DNA from: Batkoa obscura
Taxonomy: Eukaryota
Length of the DNA stretch: 48,925 nucleotides
Reading direction: 5' to 3'
Assembly (NCBI GenBank): GCA_030770535.1
Contig: JASVEC010000115.1
Location: 1-48,925, forward strand
How positions within the stretch are numbered: position 1 is the stretch's first letter; the number at the start of each line of letters is the position of its first letter. The translations under genes were made by a program, and so were the position numbers. Positions 21,877 through 34,392 of this stretch are shown here, one piece after another. Below the pieces are notes generated by a model. The model saw only the letters and a program-made list of their open reading frames with translations, did no database searches and was not told the origin of the DNA.

Positions 21877-23768
21877 GGGGTGTTTTTAGTTTCACTACTT
21901 TTTCCATTTTTAAGCGCTATTTGAGTGGAAAATTTATTGGTAAAATCCTTAAAAATACATCCTTATATTTTATCATTAGTGCTTTATAACAAGATAGTAA
22001 ACCTTGAACTAAAACAAAGTTTACTTAATGAATCTGTAGTTTTTTATTTTAATAAACTTATTCAATATTGAATAAAACTATAACTTTTGAAGTCAACTAA
22101 AAATATTTAAAGCAATTATAAGGTTATAAATGTTTGTTCAAATCTTCCCGTGCTTCTCTATTTACTGAGTGTCTCAGGATCATTTATTTGGAGGTCGAGT
22201 GTACCATCCTCAGGAGCTCTTAACAAAGTCCACTCAATCACCTTATATTATCCTATGTTCTCTTGATGTCTGCCATGAGTAACTTCATTTTTAAATCCAC
22301 TTCTTTCTTTAATAATTGTCCTAGGCTAATCCTGACTCCACTTTACTCTTCCTTAACGTATTACGTGTAACAAATAAAATAAGGATATGGGAGTGTTTTT
22401 TTTGACTTCATTACTTTTTCCATTTTTTAAGCGCTATTTGAGTGGAAAAGCTATTAATGAAATTCTTAAACACAAAAATACATCCCCAATATGTTTTTTG
22501 TTTAATAATTTTACTAACAATCTTTGCACTCAAATAGCGCTTAAAAAATGAAAAAAGCAATGAAACAAAGAAAACATCCCAATATAATCTTTTGAACCTT
22601 GAATTTAAAAAAATTATTTAATACTTATGAAAATAAAGCTTTATTTACAATATTAGTTGGAATTTTTAAAAAAAATTACTTTGTAGTTTATTACACTATT
22701 TCAATTAAAAAAACAGTGCTATATATATAACAAATCACTATATTTGTAAAAATATTAATAGTTAAATTAAGAATTAAAACCAGGATTAATGCTAGTCAAT
22801 TTTACTTAATTTAATTGGCATTTTTCTCAAATAATTTGTTTTTTGCTTTATTATTAAAGTAAATTTTGAGTTTCTTCGAGCTACTTATTTTGTATTAATA
22901 GTAAAATTCTTAAACACAAAAATACATCCCCGTATAATATCACTTAAGTTGTTGCGTTCTTGAATTCAGAGGCAATCAATTTCATACTTTTAGTTTGATT
23001 TGCTATAAGAATTTGTATCTTCGTCCTAAAGAATGTTATCTCCATGTTTTGATATCTATACTTATCGGAGTATAAAAGAGCTTCTAAAAGATAATAGCTC
23101 TGGGCTTTTTAACTGAATTATTCCTTGATATCTCCTACACTTAATAAAGCCACTAAGTTTATTTAATAGTATTTTACATAGATTTTACATTAGTATTGTC
23201 TATTCTAATTGTCTTACATATTCCGTAGCCTATTACGTATTATTTTTCATAATCCAAGTCTATCTTAATTTGTGACTAAGATCTTTCGACCTACAGTGTA
23301 AGTCAATCAGACAATAGCTGTTTTTGACTCCAATCACTGAGTATGAGATTCGATGATTATTATATAAAATCTAATACTTAAAAAGATCATAAAAGCTTTT
23401 TAATCAACTGTTTATGATAAATCAAAAAAAAAATTTGATAATTAAAATAAACTTATAAATAAAAAAATAATATGCAATAATTAAGTTATATAAAAACTAT
23501 AAAATAAAGATAAAAATAAGTTTATTAAATTCAGCAAAATTTTTTGAAAAAGTCATTATTCTGAAAAGTTTCTTTATATATTGAATTAAAATACTATAAA
23601 TATTAGATACAGGCATTAAAATATAAAACAATGTTTTTTGTAGTTAATAAATAAAAAATTTTATAGTAAATTTAAATGAAAATTTTTAAATTAGAGGATG
23701 TTTTTTTGGTTATCACTCTTTCCATTTTTTAGGCGCTATTTGAACGAAAAGGCTGTTAGTAAAATTCC
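21877..23768. mobile_element. cluster of MITE copies (about 21877-21963, 22389-22487, inverted 22491-22580, 22900-22931 partial, 23694-23768)
   Basis: Shared core TTTTAAGCGCTATTTGAGTGGAAAA..TTAGTAAAATTCTTAAA. Confidence 0.8.
22939..23352 (+). mobile_element. older, 5'-truncated solo LTR
   Basis: Homologous to the family LTR (TATAAAAGAG, AATAAAGCCACTAAG, CACTGAGTA) with degenerate ends. Confidence 0.85.
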
Positions 23769-24546
23769 AAAGTAACTAATAAGTTAAAACTTCGAGTCAA
23801 GTATATCACAAAAGATCTTTGAGGTATAATAAATATTAGTTAATTAAATAATATTAATGATAAGTCATAAAAACTTGAAGAAAACAAAGCATCGGATATT
23901 TTAAAGACAATGAAAATCGTTATTTTTGATAACTTTTAATAATAATTTTTACAAAGAAAATCATTCAATCATTGTATGAAAAGCAATATAATTTTAATCT
24001 TTAAGCTCCTTTATCAACTAAAACTCATGATCCTTAATCTTTTTGTTAGTTTAAATGAGTAGAATATTAAGCTCTGAATTAGTAATTAAAATTGCAAAGT
24101 TTCTCATCTGATTTTTATAGTTTTTAAATTATTTTTATTTTAAATTCCAGTTTTTTTAAATTTGCAAAGTTTCGCATCTAATTTTGTCGCAGCTTTTATT
24201 CTTACTATTTTTGTAAATAAATGTCTCATTCTAAATCCTCTTTAACTCAAAGAAGGTGCTAAGGATGCATATAAGACATACTATAGATATAATAGCGATG
24301 AAACATTCATCTCTTTTACTTTATAGTATATGATTTCTTTTGAGTCAAGAATTAATATTCTAATACTTTAATTGAATTTCGAGTCACAATTACTTATGAA
24401 TTAAAACTATCCCATTTGCGTTAAAAAGTCGGTAATTATGAGAATTGCTGCGCTATACCTAAATTGTTCTATCTATAAATTAAGAATGAAATTTGAGTTT
24501 ATCTTCTTTATAAAAAATAAATAGAATTCCTAACAACAAATAATTC

Positions 24547-26237
24547 ATGGATAAAAAAAGTGACAGTTTTAATACAATAGAAGAAGGGACAAGTGAAAAT
24601 AGTCTATTATTAGCAGAATGTATTAAGAATGAAGAACATGATTTAGTTTTTATTTATCATTATAGAGCTATTGTTAATGAATTAATTTATTTAATTACAT
24701 CGGCAATACCAATTATATTATCTACTTTTATTCAATTTAGTATACCAACTATTAATTTATATAGTATGAGTCAATACGGAGCTATTGAAATAAGTGCAGT
24801 TGCATTAGGAGCCACTTTAGCAAATACAACAGGAAATTCAATTAGTCTAGGTATGGCAACCGCATTAGATACATTATGTTCTCAAGCATTTACAGGAGCT
24901 AGTGATAAAAAACAAGTAGGAGTTCATTTACAAAGAGGAATCGTTATTCAAATGATGATGACTATCCCAATTTTTACTGTTTGGTGGTTCTCTGAATCAC
25001 TATTATTATTTTTACAACAAACTCCAGAAGTGGCTAAGTTATCAAGTATTTATTTAAGAATTATGATCTTAGGTTTTCCACCTTATATTTTATTTGAATG
25101 CTTGAAAAAGTACTTACAAGCTCAAAGTAAGTCATTTTTGATAGTGTAATATAATAGCATAATATTTAATATTTAATCTTTTTTATTTTAGAAATTATGC
25201 GAGCTCAAACTTGGGTATTTCTATTAACTGTACCAATTACTATTATTGTAAATTATTTTTTAATGTGGCATCCAACTACATCAATTGGTTTTATTGGCGC
25301 TCCGTTTACAATTGTATTTTCTAATTGGATTACTTTTTTATCCATGATGATATATATTTATTATGTTGAAGGTTTGGAGTGCTGGGGTGGATGGACGAAA
25401 GATTGTTTAACTAATTTTTCAATTTATATTAATTTGGGTTTAAATGGTATATTAATGTTATGTTCTGAATGGTGGGCTTGGAGTTTAATATCTTTAACTG
25501 TTAGTTATTTAGGTAATATTTTATTTACTTATTTATTTATCATTATTATTGTTGAAATACAAAATATAAAAATAGACTAAATTAAATTAAATTATTATTT
25601 TATAGGTGAGGATTCACTTGCAGCACATTTTATAGCACTTAATATTGATTCAATGTTATATGCTTATTCCTTATCAATTGGTATTGTTGCTAGTAATCGA
25701 ATTGGTAATTTATTAGGTGCACACCATGTTAATAGGGCCAAATTAACTTCTTCATGTTCTATATTATTATCCGTTACTGTACCAATCTTTAATTCTTTAT
25801 TTTTATTTACATTTAGACATCAATTTGCTTCTTTATTTACTAATGTTAAAGAATTGAAAGATATATTAATCGTTTTAATTCCATTCACTTGTGTATATCA
25901 TGTAAGTTTAATTTTAAATACAATATTAATGTTATTAATACTAATGTGTTGTTGTTAGGTATTTGATAGTGTAGCGTGTTGTTGTAGTGGTATATTAAGA
26001 GGTCAAGGTAGACAAAAGATAGGTGGTATAGTGAATTTATTATCTTGGTATTGTGTAGCTATACCAATTAGTATTGTATTAGCTTTTTATTTAAAATATG
26101 GATTATTTGGTATGTGGTATGGTATTTGTATTGCTCTTTTTGGTACTTCTTTTGCTTTATTTTATTTTGTTATGTTTTCTAATTGGGATCAATTATTTGC
26201 TGATGCTAAAAAACGATTAGAACTTTGTGAAAATTAA
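24547..26237 (+). CDS. MATE family multidrug/toxin efflux transporter; exons 24547-25126, 25192-25512, 25606-25901, 25959-26237
   Basis: GMATALDTLCSQAFTG, VGVHLQRG, KKYLQAQ, CSEWWA, SNRIGNLLGA, GILRGQGRQKIG; introns splice in frame. Confidence 0.95.
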
Positions 26238-26922
26238 GTTGACTTTTATTTGATATTTGGTTCATTAAAGTTATTGACGATATTTTATGCCCTTCTCTTT
26301 TAAAACTTTAAATAAATAATAGAAAATATTATCTTATATTGAATTATTCTCTAATCTTAATTGAAGTTAAAACTAAACATTTAATAAACAAATCACTCTT
26401 AAGTATCCAAATTAATTAAACTGACACAATAAAATAAATGATTCATTAAATTAATATGTAAAAATTAAAAAATACCTTGAACAGCAAAATAAAAAGTAAG
26501 TCTGATAGTATCATATAAAAATAATAAAGACTTTCAAGCCCCTAAGCCCATTGCTATACTAACTGATAAATCAATATAAAGGCAAGGTAAGTCCAATGCT
26601 TGGCCAATGAAAAAGATAAGTTTTCAAGTGTATCTAAACAAATAGAAGGTAAACCTAATACTTTGAATTAAATTAACTAAAATAATATAAGGATATTGGG
26701 GTTGCCCGAATTGGTTTCAGAATTTACTTAGAAATATACTATTTCTGTTAAATATTTAATAGATATATAATATATAACTATATGATTATATAATTATATA
26801 AATACAGTTATTTGACTTTATTTTTTGTTGAAATAAAAACAAAATGAAAACTTTCAGAACTAAACTTCGAAATGGAATTTTTGAAAATTTCAATACAATA
26901 GGGAAGAGTACACAATATAAAC

Positions 26923-27386
26923 TGTGAAATATCGCTTTGTCAGCCCCATGGTTAATTATAACATAACAATCGCCTAAGCTATTATGTTCTTGAGTTCAGA
27001 AAAAATCAATCCCACGTTCTTAGTTTGATTTGCTATGAGAATTTCTAGCTCCATCCAAAAGAATATTATCTTCTCCTTTTGATATTTATACTTTTCAGAG
27101 TATAAAAGAGTTTACAGAGTATAGTAGTTCGAGGCTTTTTAACTGAATTATTCCTTGATATCTCGAACATTTAATAAAGCCACTAAGTTTACTTAATAGT
27201 ATTTTACGTAGATTCTACATTAGTATTGTCTATTCTATTTGTCTTATATAGCTTGTAACCTATTACGTGCTATTCCTCATAATCCAAGTCTATCTTAGTC
27301 ACATAAACTAAGATCTTTCGACTTATAGTGTAGTCAACCCGGAAATAGCTGTTCTTGACTCCAAACCCTGAGTACCAGATTTCACA
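26923..27386 (+). mobile_element. solo LTR, no matching TSD (AAAC / CCCA)
   Basis: Complete TGTGAAAT..ATTTCACA ends. Confidence 0.93.
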
Positions 27387-27423
27387 CCCATGTATTTATT
27401 TATATACTACAACATTGATTAAT

Positions 27424-27823
27424 TGTGAAATCTGGTACTCAGGGTTTGGAGTCAAGAACAGCTATTGCTGGGTTGACTACACTATAAGTCGAAAGGTCTT
27501 AGTTTATGTGACTAAGATAGACTTGGGTTATGAGGAATAGCACGTAATAGGTTACAAGCTATATAAGACAAATAGAATAGACAATACTAATGTAAAATCT
27601 ATGTAAAATACTATTAAGAAAACTTAGTGGCTTTATTAAATGTTCGAGATGTCAGGGATTAATTCAGTTAAAAAGCCTCGAACTATTGTATTCTGTAAAC
27701 TCTTTTATACTCTGAAAAGTATAAATATCAAAAGGAGAAGATAATATTCTTTTGGGTGGAACTAGAAATTCTCATAACAAATCAAAATAATTAACCATGG
27801 GACTGACAAAGCGATATTTCACA
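27424..27823 (-). mobile_element. solo LTR, 400-bp deleted variant, TSD TAAT
   Basis: Reverse complement of the 14347-14746 type; TAAT on both sides. Confidence 0.93.
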
Positions 27824-28723
27824 TAATATTAATATATATATTATATTAGTAAAAGGCTTATTAATATGGGAATTTTTATTAGGTCTAGTAGAAACTCAAC
27901 TAATTTACAATATAAACTATAATATAATAATTTAGAACTGTATCAGGTACTTTTCCTTTTTAATAAAAAATTAAATAAAAAACAAAACCAATTTGGACAT
28001 CCCCATATGGTATTTGAAATTTTCATTATTTTTAACTGGAAACCAATTATTGCTCTATATTTTGTAATTTCAACAATGCTAACCTATGTATTTGTTTGAT
28101 AATATACCATTAAAACATGAATTTTAAAAAGTCGATGATGTTAGTAAAACTATCTATTTTTAAAATTCCAATAAACTTAAATATCTGGATTTTCAATAAT
28201 CAATAAAGATTCAAATATTTTAAAATTAATTATTAGTTAATATTCAATAGTTGTTTTGTTAGTACATGTAATTGGATTAGTAACACCAAATCCAAAATTC
28301 CAGCTAGGTTAGGGTAATTCGGTAGGAAACAGTAGGTTTTTAATTCTCAGCATTATATTAGTAAGAATCACAATTTTACTAGGCTAGTTCAATCGAAAAG
28401 AATATTATTACATCCAAAAAAAAAACCAATTTAACGTACTTTTTGTCCTAGTAAATAGTTTAAGCGAAAACTCCGACTAGGCCAGCCTAATAAGGAAGGA
28501 GCAGTGCCCCATACCTTTATTCAATTAAACAATCAAACTTCTCATTACTTTTAATTTTAAAAGTAATTCATCATTACTAATAATGTTATACAATGGTATA
28601 GCATAAGAAACATCACAAGGGTTCCGACCCTTATATTACCATCTTACCAGTGCTACGAAAAAGTATAAAAGCTGCCATTTAGTATCCTTGTAATTTAAAA
28701 CAAATACATTTGAAAAAACAAAA

Positions 28724-29678
28724 ATGACTTTATCAACTATCCCAAACAATCTTAAGAGAGTAGCTATTGCTGGTGGCACTGGAGCCCTTGGTCAGAACCT
28801 TACGGAGGAATTTTTGAAAATTGAGGGGATTAAATTAAAAGTATTGACTAGAAAAAGTACTGGTGAAGTGAGTAATCCACAACTAAAAGAGAAGTTTATT
28901 AAACGTGGTGCTGAAGTTGTTGAGGTTGATTATAATAACCAAGATGAATTAAACGCTGCGTTAAAAGAAATTGATGTAGTAGTGTCAGCTCTAAGTAGTC
29001 TTGATTTTGTAAAGATCAATTTAGTTTTGCTTAACGCAGCAGTTAAAAATAATGTCAATTTATTTATACCTTCTGAGTTCTTTAGTAAATTAGAGGGGTA
29101 CTTTTGTTTAACTTTATTTTACTTCTAGTTTTACTAACTCTACCATTAGAACCAACAATCCATTCACTGCCCCAAAAGCTGAAATTAGAAAACACCTTGA
29201 GAAATCTGGTTTAAATTACATTTACTATAACTGTGGCTTTTTCTATGAGCATATAACTAGCGAGCTTTTCGGTATTGATGTTATTAACAATAAAGCCAAA
29301 ATTGTAGGTTCTGGAAACACAAAGCTCAATATAACTCGTATTAGAGATGTTGCTAGCTTTATTGCACAAACCTATCATTTCCCTGAAGTCAAGAATGCCC
29401 ACGTCAATATATCTTCTCAAGTCACAACCATGAACGAAATTGTAAAACAAATAGGCGAAGTTGGCCAAAAGCCTTTAGAGATTGAGTATATTGATTTGAA
29501 AGAAATCGAAAAATTGATTGTCGAAAAAGCTGAAGATATTTACTATCTCTTGTTTGCGCATTGTGGGAGGGATATCGAGCTTGGAAATGTTTATATTGAA
29601 AAGGATTCAAACTATTTGCTTCCTGGGTTTAAGTTTGAGTCTTTAAAGGAGTATATTAGACAAACATATTTTAATTAG
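28724..29678 (+). CDS. NmrA-like / isoflavone reductase-like NAD(P)-binding protein; intron 29098-29149
   Basis: VAIAGGTGALG Rossmann motif, FIPSEF, K..IRKHLEKSGLNY..CGFFYE; intron with TACTAAC branch point. Confidence 0.92.
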
Positions 29679-29845
29679 CGTGAGTTTTTAAAATAAAGTA
29701 TAATTAATATCAATTGTTGACTATTTAGTAATTTTATTGAATCGAATAATATATAGAAATATGTTTTTTGTTTAAAAATTTTATTAATAACTTTTTTACT
29801 CAAATAGTGCTTGAAAAATAAAAAAAGTGGTAAAACTAAAAAAAA

Positions 29846-30335
29846 TATTTACTTTTATTTTTATTATTTTTAGTTTTAATTTATATTTATTTTTTTTGTA
29901 TTTTAATAGTATGTTGTAATCTTGATATTTTATTATTGTTAATTATTTTGAATAACTATATTAATTTCTATCTACATTAAATTCAAAACTATATTAATTT
30001 CTATCTACATTAAATTCAAAACTGCATTTAGCAAAAAAATATACTGAAGTTATAATTGATAATAATATTATCTATTGATTTTTGTTTCTTGTTTTCTTTA
30101 AAGCATTAATTTTATATGTTGCTTGATTAAGTTTATTATTATTATAAAATTCCGTAAACTCTGAGTTATTATAAATAGTTGTCAAAATTAATATAAATGA
30201 ATTACAATGTTCGTATAGTGTGTTTTTCTTTATTATATTAAAAAATTCTAAACTTCCATTTTGAAGTTTAATTATAAAAGCTTGGATTTTGCTTTTATTT
30301 TAATAAAAAATAAAGCAAAATAAACTATATAACTA
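29846..30335 (-). mobile_element. decayed Sola2 transposase 5' fragment flanked by MITEs (about 29755-29845, 30339-30432)
   Basis: Reverse complement resembles 30890-31350. Confidence 0.7.
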
Positions 30336-30626
30336 TATGGGGATATGTTTCTGTGTTTGAGAGTTTTACTAACAATTTCCCGCTCAAATAGTGCTTAAAA
30401 GTTGAAAAAGTAATGAGGCCAAAAAAACACCCCATATATTTATATATTATATATCTATTAAACATTTAATAAAATAGTATAAAACATATAATTAAAAAAA
30501 TTGCTAATAGAATTTTTAAATAAAAAATACATTATATGGATCTGTTTAAATTGGAAGAGTAATAAATGGCTTAAACTTTATTAACGATGTTGTAACCCTT
30601 TCAATTGAATAAACACTACAAGAATT

Positions 30627-33091
30627 GGGGCTGTCCTAATTGGTTTCAGAATCTACTTAGAAATTAGTCCAAATTTAAAATTTCAAGTTTGTGTCCAATA
30701 TAACGGTTAAATCTAAAAAGCCTAAAATTAAATGTCTCTATTTAAAACTTATTTTAGTTGTTTCCTTTTCTTAAATAGCTAATTTTCCTAACTATGTATT
30801 TTATGTTAGTTCTGTTAGATATTTAACAGATATATAATATATAACTATATGATTATATAATTATATAAATACATAATTATATAAACACAGTTATTTGACT
30901 TTATTTGACTTTATTTTTTGTTGAAATAAAAATAAAATGCAAACTTTCATAACTAAACTTCGAAATGGAATTTTTGAAAACTTCAATACAATAGGGAGGA
31001 GTACACAATATAAACATTGTAATTCATTTACATCAATCTTAAGAGCTACTTATAACAACCCAAGGTTTATGGAATTTTATAATAAAACAAAACAAAGAAA
31101 AGATATATTATCAAAGTTTACTATCGATAATAATAAACTTAATCAAGTAATGTATAAAATTAGTGCTTTAAGGGAAACAGGAAACAAAAACCAGCAAGTA
31201 GCGTTATTATCAACTATAGCTTCAGTATATTCTTTTGATGAATGTAAGAGTTTTGGGTTTAATATAAATAGAAATCAATATGATTATTCAAAAACAAGTA
31301 ATAATAATAAAATATCAACATTAAAACCTATTATTAAAAATACAAAAAAAATTAAAGATGACCAAATTGAAACTATCATACAATATTTACTAAATGATTC
31401 AACTATTTCATCAAGATTTAATAAAAAAAATAACGATAGTAAATATTCATCAGATAATATATATATATTAAATAAAAGTAGAAGAATGATATATAGTAAA
31501 TATTTGAATGATCTAAGAGATAAAGCAGTAGCTAGGTCAACGTTCTTTAAATATATACCAAGTAATTTCAAAAATCCAGCAAGAAAAACGGATCTATGTA
31601 ATATATGTACCCAGTATACAGTTAGAAAAAAGTTATTTGAAAATAAAATAAATACAGCAAAAAACAAAGCAGAGATACAAGAAATTTTCAACGAAGAAGA
31701 AAAATTATACAAATTACATAAATTCTGTGTTGATACTCAAAAAAACACATTTAATGAAACTATTAAAAAATTAAATAACAAAAGTTGTATAATAGTTTTA
31801 GATTTTAAACAAAATATGGAAATAGGAACAAGACCAGATTCAATAAATCTAGATCATTATAATAAACAAGCTATATCAGTATTAGGTTTTGGTGTATTAT
31901 ATTTAAAAGATGATAAAACGATAGGCAAAGTTTACTTTGATTATTTATCTGAAATATTGAATCATGATTCAGCATATGCAGGAGATTGTTTAATCGATTT
32001 AATCTCTACAGAGCTTCTATTTAAAAAGTTTACAAAAATTAATATATGGGCAGATACAGGAAATCATTTTAGATCCCAAGAGTTTCTACACTATATGTTT
32101 GAAGAAATTCATAAAATAAATAGTAGTTTGAATGTTAATCTTAATTTTTTTGCTGAGCATCATGGAAAAAGTATAGTTGATGGGCATTTTGGAAACCTTT
32201 CAAAATGGAAAAGTAGTTTTGAAGCGTTAGGTAAAATAGAAGATATCGATCAATTAATTTCAAGATTTGAGGCTTTTATTTGTGAGCATAATAAAATTAA
32301 TAACTCAACTGTTAATAATGGGAAAACAGATATAATTTTTAAAAAGTATAAAAGAAACAAAAATACAAAAAGAATAATAGAGATGCAGGGCATTAAGAAG
32401 TATTTACATTTTATTAAACATAACAATAAACTACATTGTTATCCAGTATCTGATACATCAAAAAAAAGCGATATAGTCCCAATTAAAGTTATAGAGTCTA
32501 TAGAAAACAGAAAAATTAAAAGATCGATCCCAGCTTACCTTACGAAGATAACAGAGAATTTAAAAATTTCGATATTTACTAAGCAAGTAAGTAGTTTGTT
32601 AAATGATAGAAATAGATTGTTAAATGTTAGGATTACTTAAGTTATTAATAGCTAAGTTAATAAATAGTCAAAGAACAAGTAACTGTAATAATATGTAAAA
32701 ACTATTATTACTTGTACTATATAGGGATGGTTAATTATAGTTTTGGGGCTGACCACTCCCTCCCATGCAGCTATTTATTAACTTGGCAATATATTAATAA
32801 TGTAATTATAACATTAAAGTAGTTTATTTATTTGATAATAAATCTACGATGTTGGCTATAAAGCAGTTGATAATAAATATTTCTCAATTAAGCTTTATAA
32901 GAACATGTATTTAAGATCTAGTAGAAATTCAACTAACTTACAGTATGAGCTATAATAGAATGATTTAGAACTGTGTTTGGGTACTTTTGTTTTAATAAAA
33001 GATGTGATTTTATAGAATTTTAAGCGAAGTTTTTAAAATACAAAATTTTTCAAAAATTGGATAAAATAATGAAACTAATTCAGACAACCCC
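30627..33091 (+). mobile_element. autonomous-looking Sola2-type DNA transposon, 22-bp imperfect TIRs, 4-bp TSD AATT
   Basis: GGGGCTGTCCTAATTGGTTTCA..TGAAACTAATTCAGACAACCCC, AATT on both sides, single intact ORF. Confidence 0.88.
30937..32640 (+). CDS. DDD transposase, Sola2-like (567 aa)
   Basis: KTDLCNIC..H Zn motif; VLDFKQN, IWADTGNHFRS, FFAEHHGKSIVDGHFG catalytic motifs. Confidence 0.85.
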   Translation: MQTFITKLRNGIFENFNTIGRSTQYKHCNSFTSILRATYNNPRFMEFYNKTKQRKDILSKFTIDNNKLNQVMYKISALRETGNKNQQVALLSTIASVYSFDECKSFGFNINRNQYDYSKTSNNNKISTLKPIIKNTKKIKDDQIETIIQYLLNDSTISSRFNKKNNDSKYSSDNIYILNKSRRMIYSKYLNDLRDKAVARSTFFKYIPSNFKNPARKTDLCNICTQYTVRKKLFENKINTAKNKAEIQEIFNEEEKLYKLHKFCVDTQKNTFNETIKKLNNKSCIIVLDFKQNMEIGTRPDSINLDHYNKQAISVLGFGVLYLKDDKTIGKVYFDYLSEILNHDSAYAGDCLIDLISTELLFKKFTKINIWADTGNHFRSQEFLHYMFEEIHKINSSLNVNLNFFAEHHGKSIVDGHFGNLSKWKSSFEALGKIEDIDQLISRFEAFICEHNKINNSTVNNGKTDIIFKKYKRNKNTKRIIEMQGIKKYLHFIKHNNKLHCYPVSDTSKKSDIVPIKVIESIENRKIKRSIPAYLTKITENLKISIFTKQVSSLLNDRNRLLNVRIT

Positions 33092-33318
33092 AATTGTTAT
33101 TTTAAAAAACATTAAAATCTGAGAATTTCGGACTTACATAAAATATTCGAATCTGAAAATTTCGGACTTACATAAAATATTCGAATCTAAAATAAATTTA
33201 ACTCTGACTTTTTCGATGATATTAATAATCAGAGTTATATTATGTAAAGAACTAATAAATGATGTTTTTATTATTATTAATGAGTATGGCGATATATAAT
33301 ATTTAAATAGGGCTACTA

Positions 33319-34392
33319 ATGAAAAACACAAAAATTATAATATATTCAATGATCAAGAACAGCAAAGTAGTTTATCAAAGTGTTCCACGTGGCCTACCAA
33401 AGGTTGATGAAACCTTCAAAGTAGTCTATGAGGATATTGATATAGATAATATTAAGATAACCCACGAAGAGCTTCTAGTGAAAATTATGTATATTTCCAT
33501 TGATCCATATACACGTTGGCGAATGGGAGATGAAGATACAAAAAATATAGTATCATCTTTTAAGATAGGGTCACCAATCCGTAGCGGAGCTATTGCACAA
33601 GTTTTAAAATCCAAAAATGACCAGTATGAAGTAGGGGATTTTGTTATAACTATTGGGGATTGGGCAAAATACTCTATTGTAGATGTAAATGTAACGGAGC
33701 CTATCCCAAAGGAAAGAAATGCACAAATACCGCTATCCTATTATTTAAGTATCACGGGTATATTAGGTGCTACTGCTTACGTTGGTTTGCACACTATATG
33801 TGAACCTATAAAAAGAGGAGAAACTATTTTTATTTCAGCAGCTTCAGGTGCTGTAGGACAAATTGTTGGGCAGTACAGTAAATTATTAGGATTAAATGTG
33901 GTCGGGTCTGCAGGCAGTGATGAAAAAGTCGACTTCCTTTTAAATGAATTAAAGTTTGATTCAGCCTTTAATTATAAGAATGAAAAGAACTTTGTTTCAG
34001 TTCTTAAACAGCATTGCCCTAATGGGATTGATATTTATTTTGATAATGTAGGTGGGAAAATGTTGGATGCAGTATTGGAAGTAGCTAACAGTGAATGCCG
34101 TATAAGCGTATGTGGTATGATTTCACAATACAATAATAGTAATAATAAGGATGGTTTACATAATTCTATGAACATTTTAAGCAAAAGGATTAAAATGCAA
34201 GGGTTTGGTGTTGCTTTTAGAAGAGATCTTTGGCCAAAATCTAATCAAATTTTTAGTAACTATTTGAAGGAAGGTAAAATCCAATATAAAGAAGATTTAT
34301 CTTTTGGTATTGAAAGTTTACCTGGAGCGTTTATTGATATGCTTCAAGGCAGAAACTTTGGCAAGGCTATAGTCAAAGTTGATGATATTTAA
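33319..34392 (+). CDS. NADP-dependent alkenal/double-bond reductase (PTGR1/LTB4DH-like MDR family); true start may be Met at 33349
   Basis: SIDPYTRWRM, GETIFISAASGAVGQIVGQ, GSAGSDEKV, GIDIYFDNVGG, CGMISQYN, GRNFGK. Confidence 0.95.
   Translation: MKNTKIIIYSMIKNSKVVYQSVPRGLPKVDETFKVVYEDIDIDNIKITHEELLVKIMYISIDPYTRWRMGDEDTKNIVSSFKIGSPIRSGAIAQVLKSKNDQYEVGDFVITIGDWAKYSIVDVNVTEPIPKERNAQIPLSYYLSITGILGATAYVGLHTICEPIKRGETIFISAASGAVGQIVGQYSKLLGLNVVGSAGSDEKVDFLLNELKFDSAFNYKNEKNFVSVLKQHCPNGIDIYFDNVGGKMLDAVLEVANSECRISVCGMISQYNNSNNKDGLHNSMNILSKRIKMQGFGVAFRRDLWPKSNQIFSNYLKEGKIQYKEDLSFGIESLPGAFIDMLQGRNFGKAIVKVDDI

Larger units (their letters stand above)
26698..28004 (+). mobile_element. internally deleted Sola2 derivative (both TIR types) carrying two solo LTRs
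   Basis: GGGGTTGCCCGAATTGGTTTCA at 26698; AAACCAATTTGGACATCCCC ending 28004; flanks match the 5' and 3' parts of the intact element; TSDs do not match. Confidence 0.75.

Noticed and set aside
27355..27540. 61-aa ORF
   Set aside because: Spans the junction of two LTRs; not a gene
31284..31712. 142-aa antisense ORF in the transposase
   Set aside because: Hydrophobic shadow of Lys/Asn-rich codons
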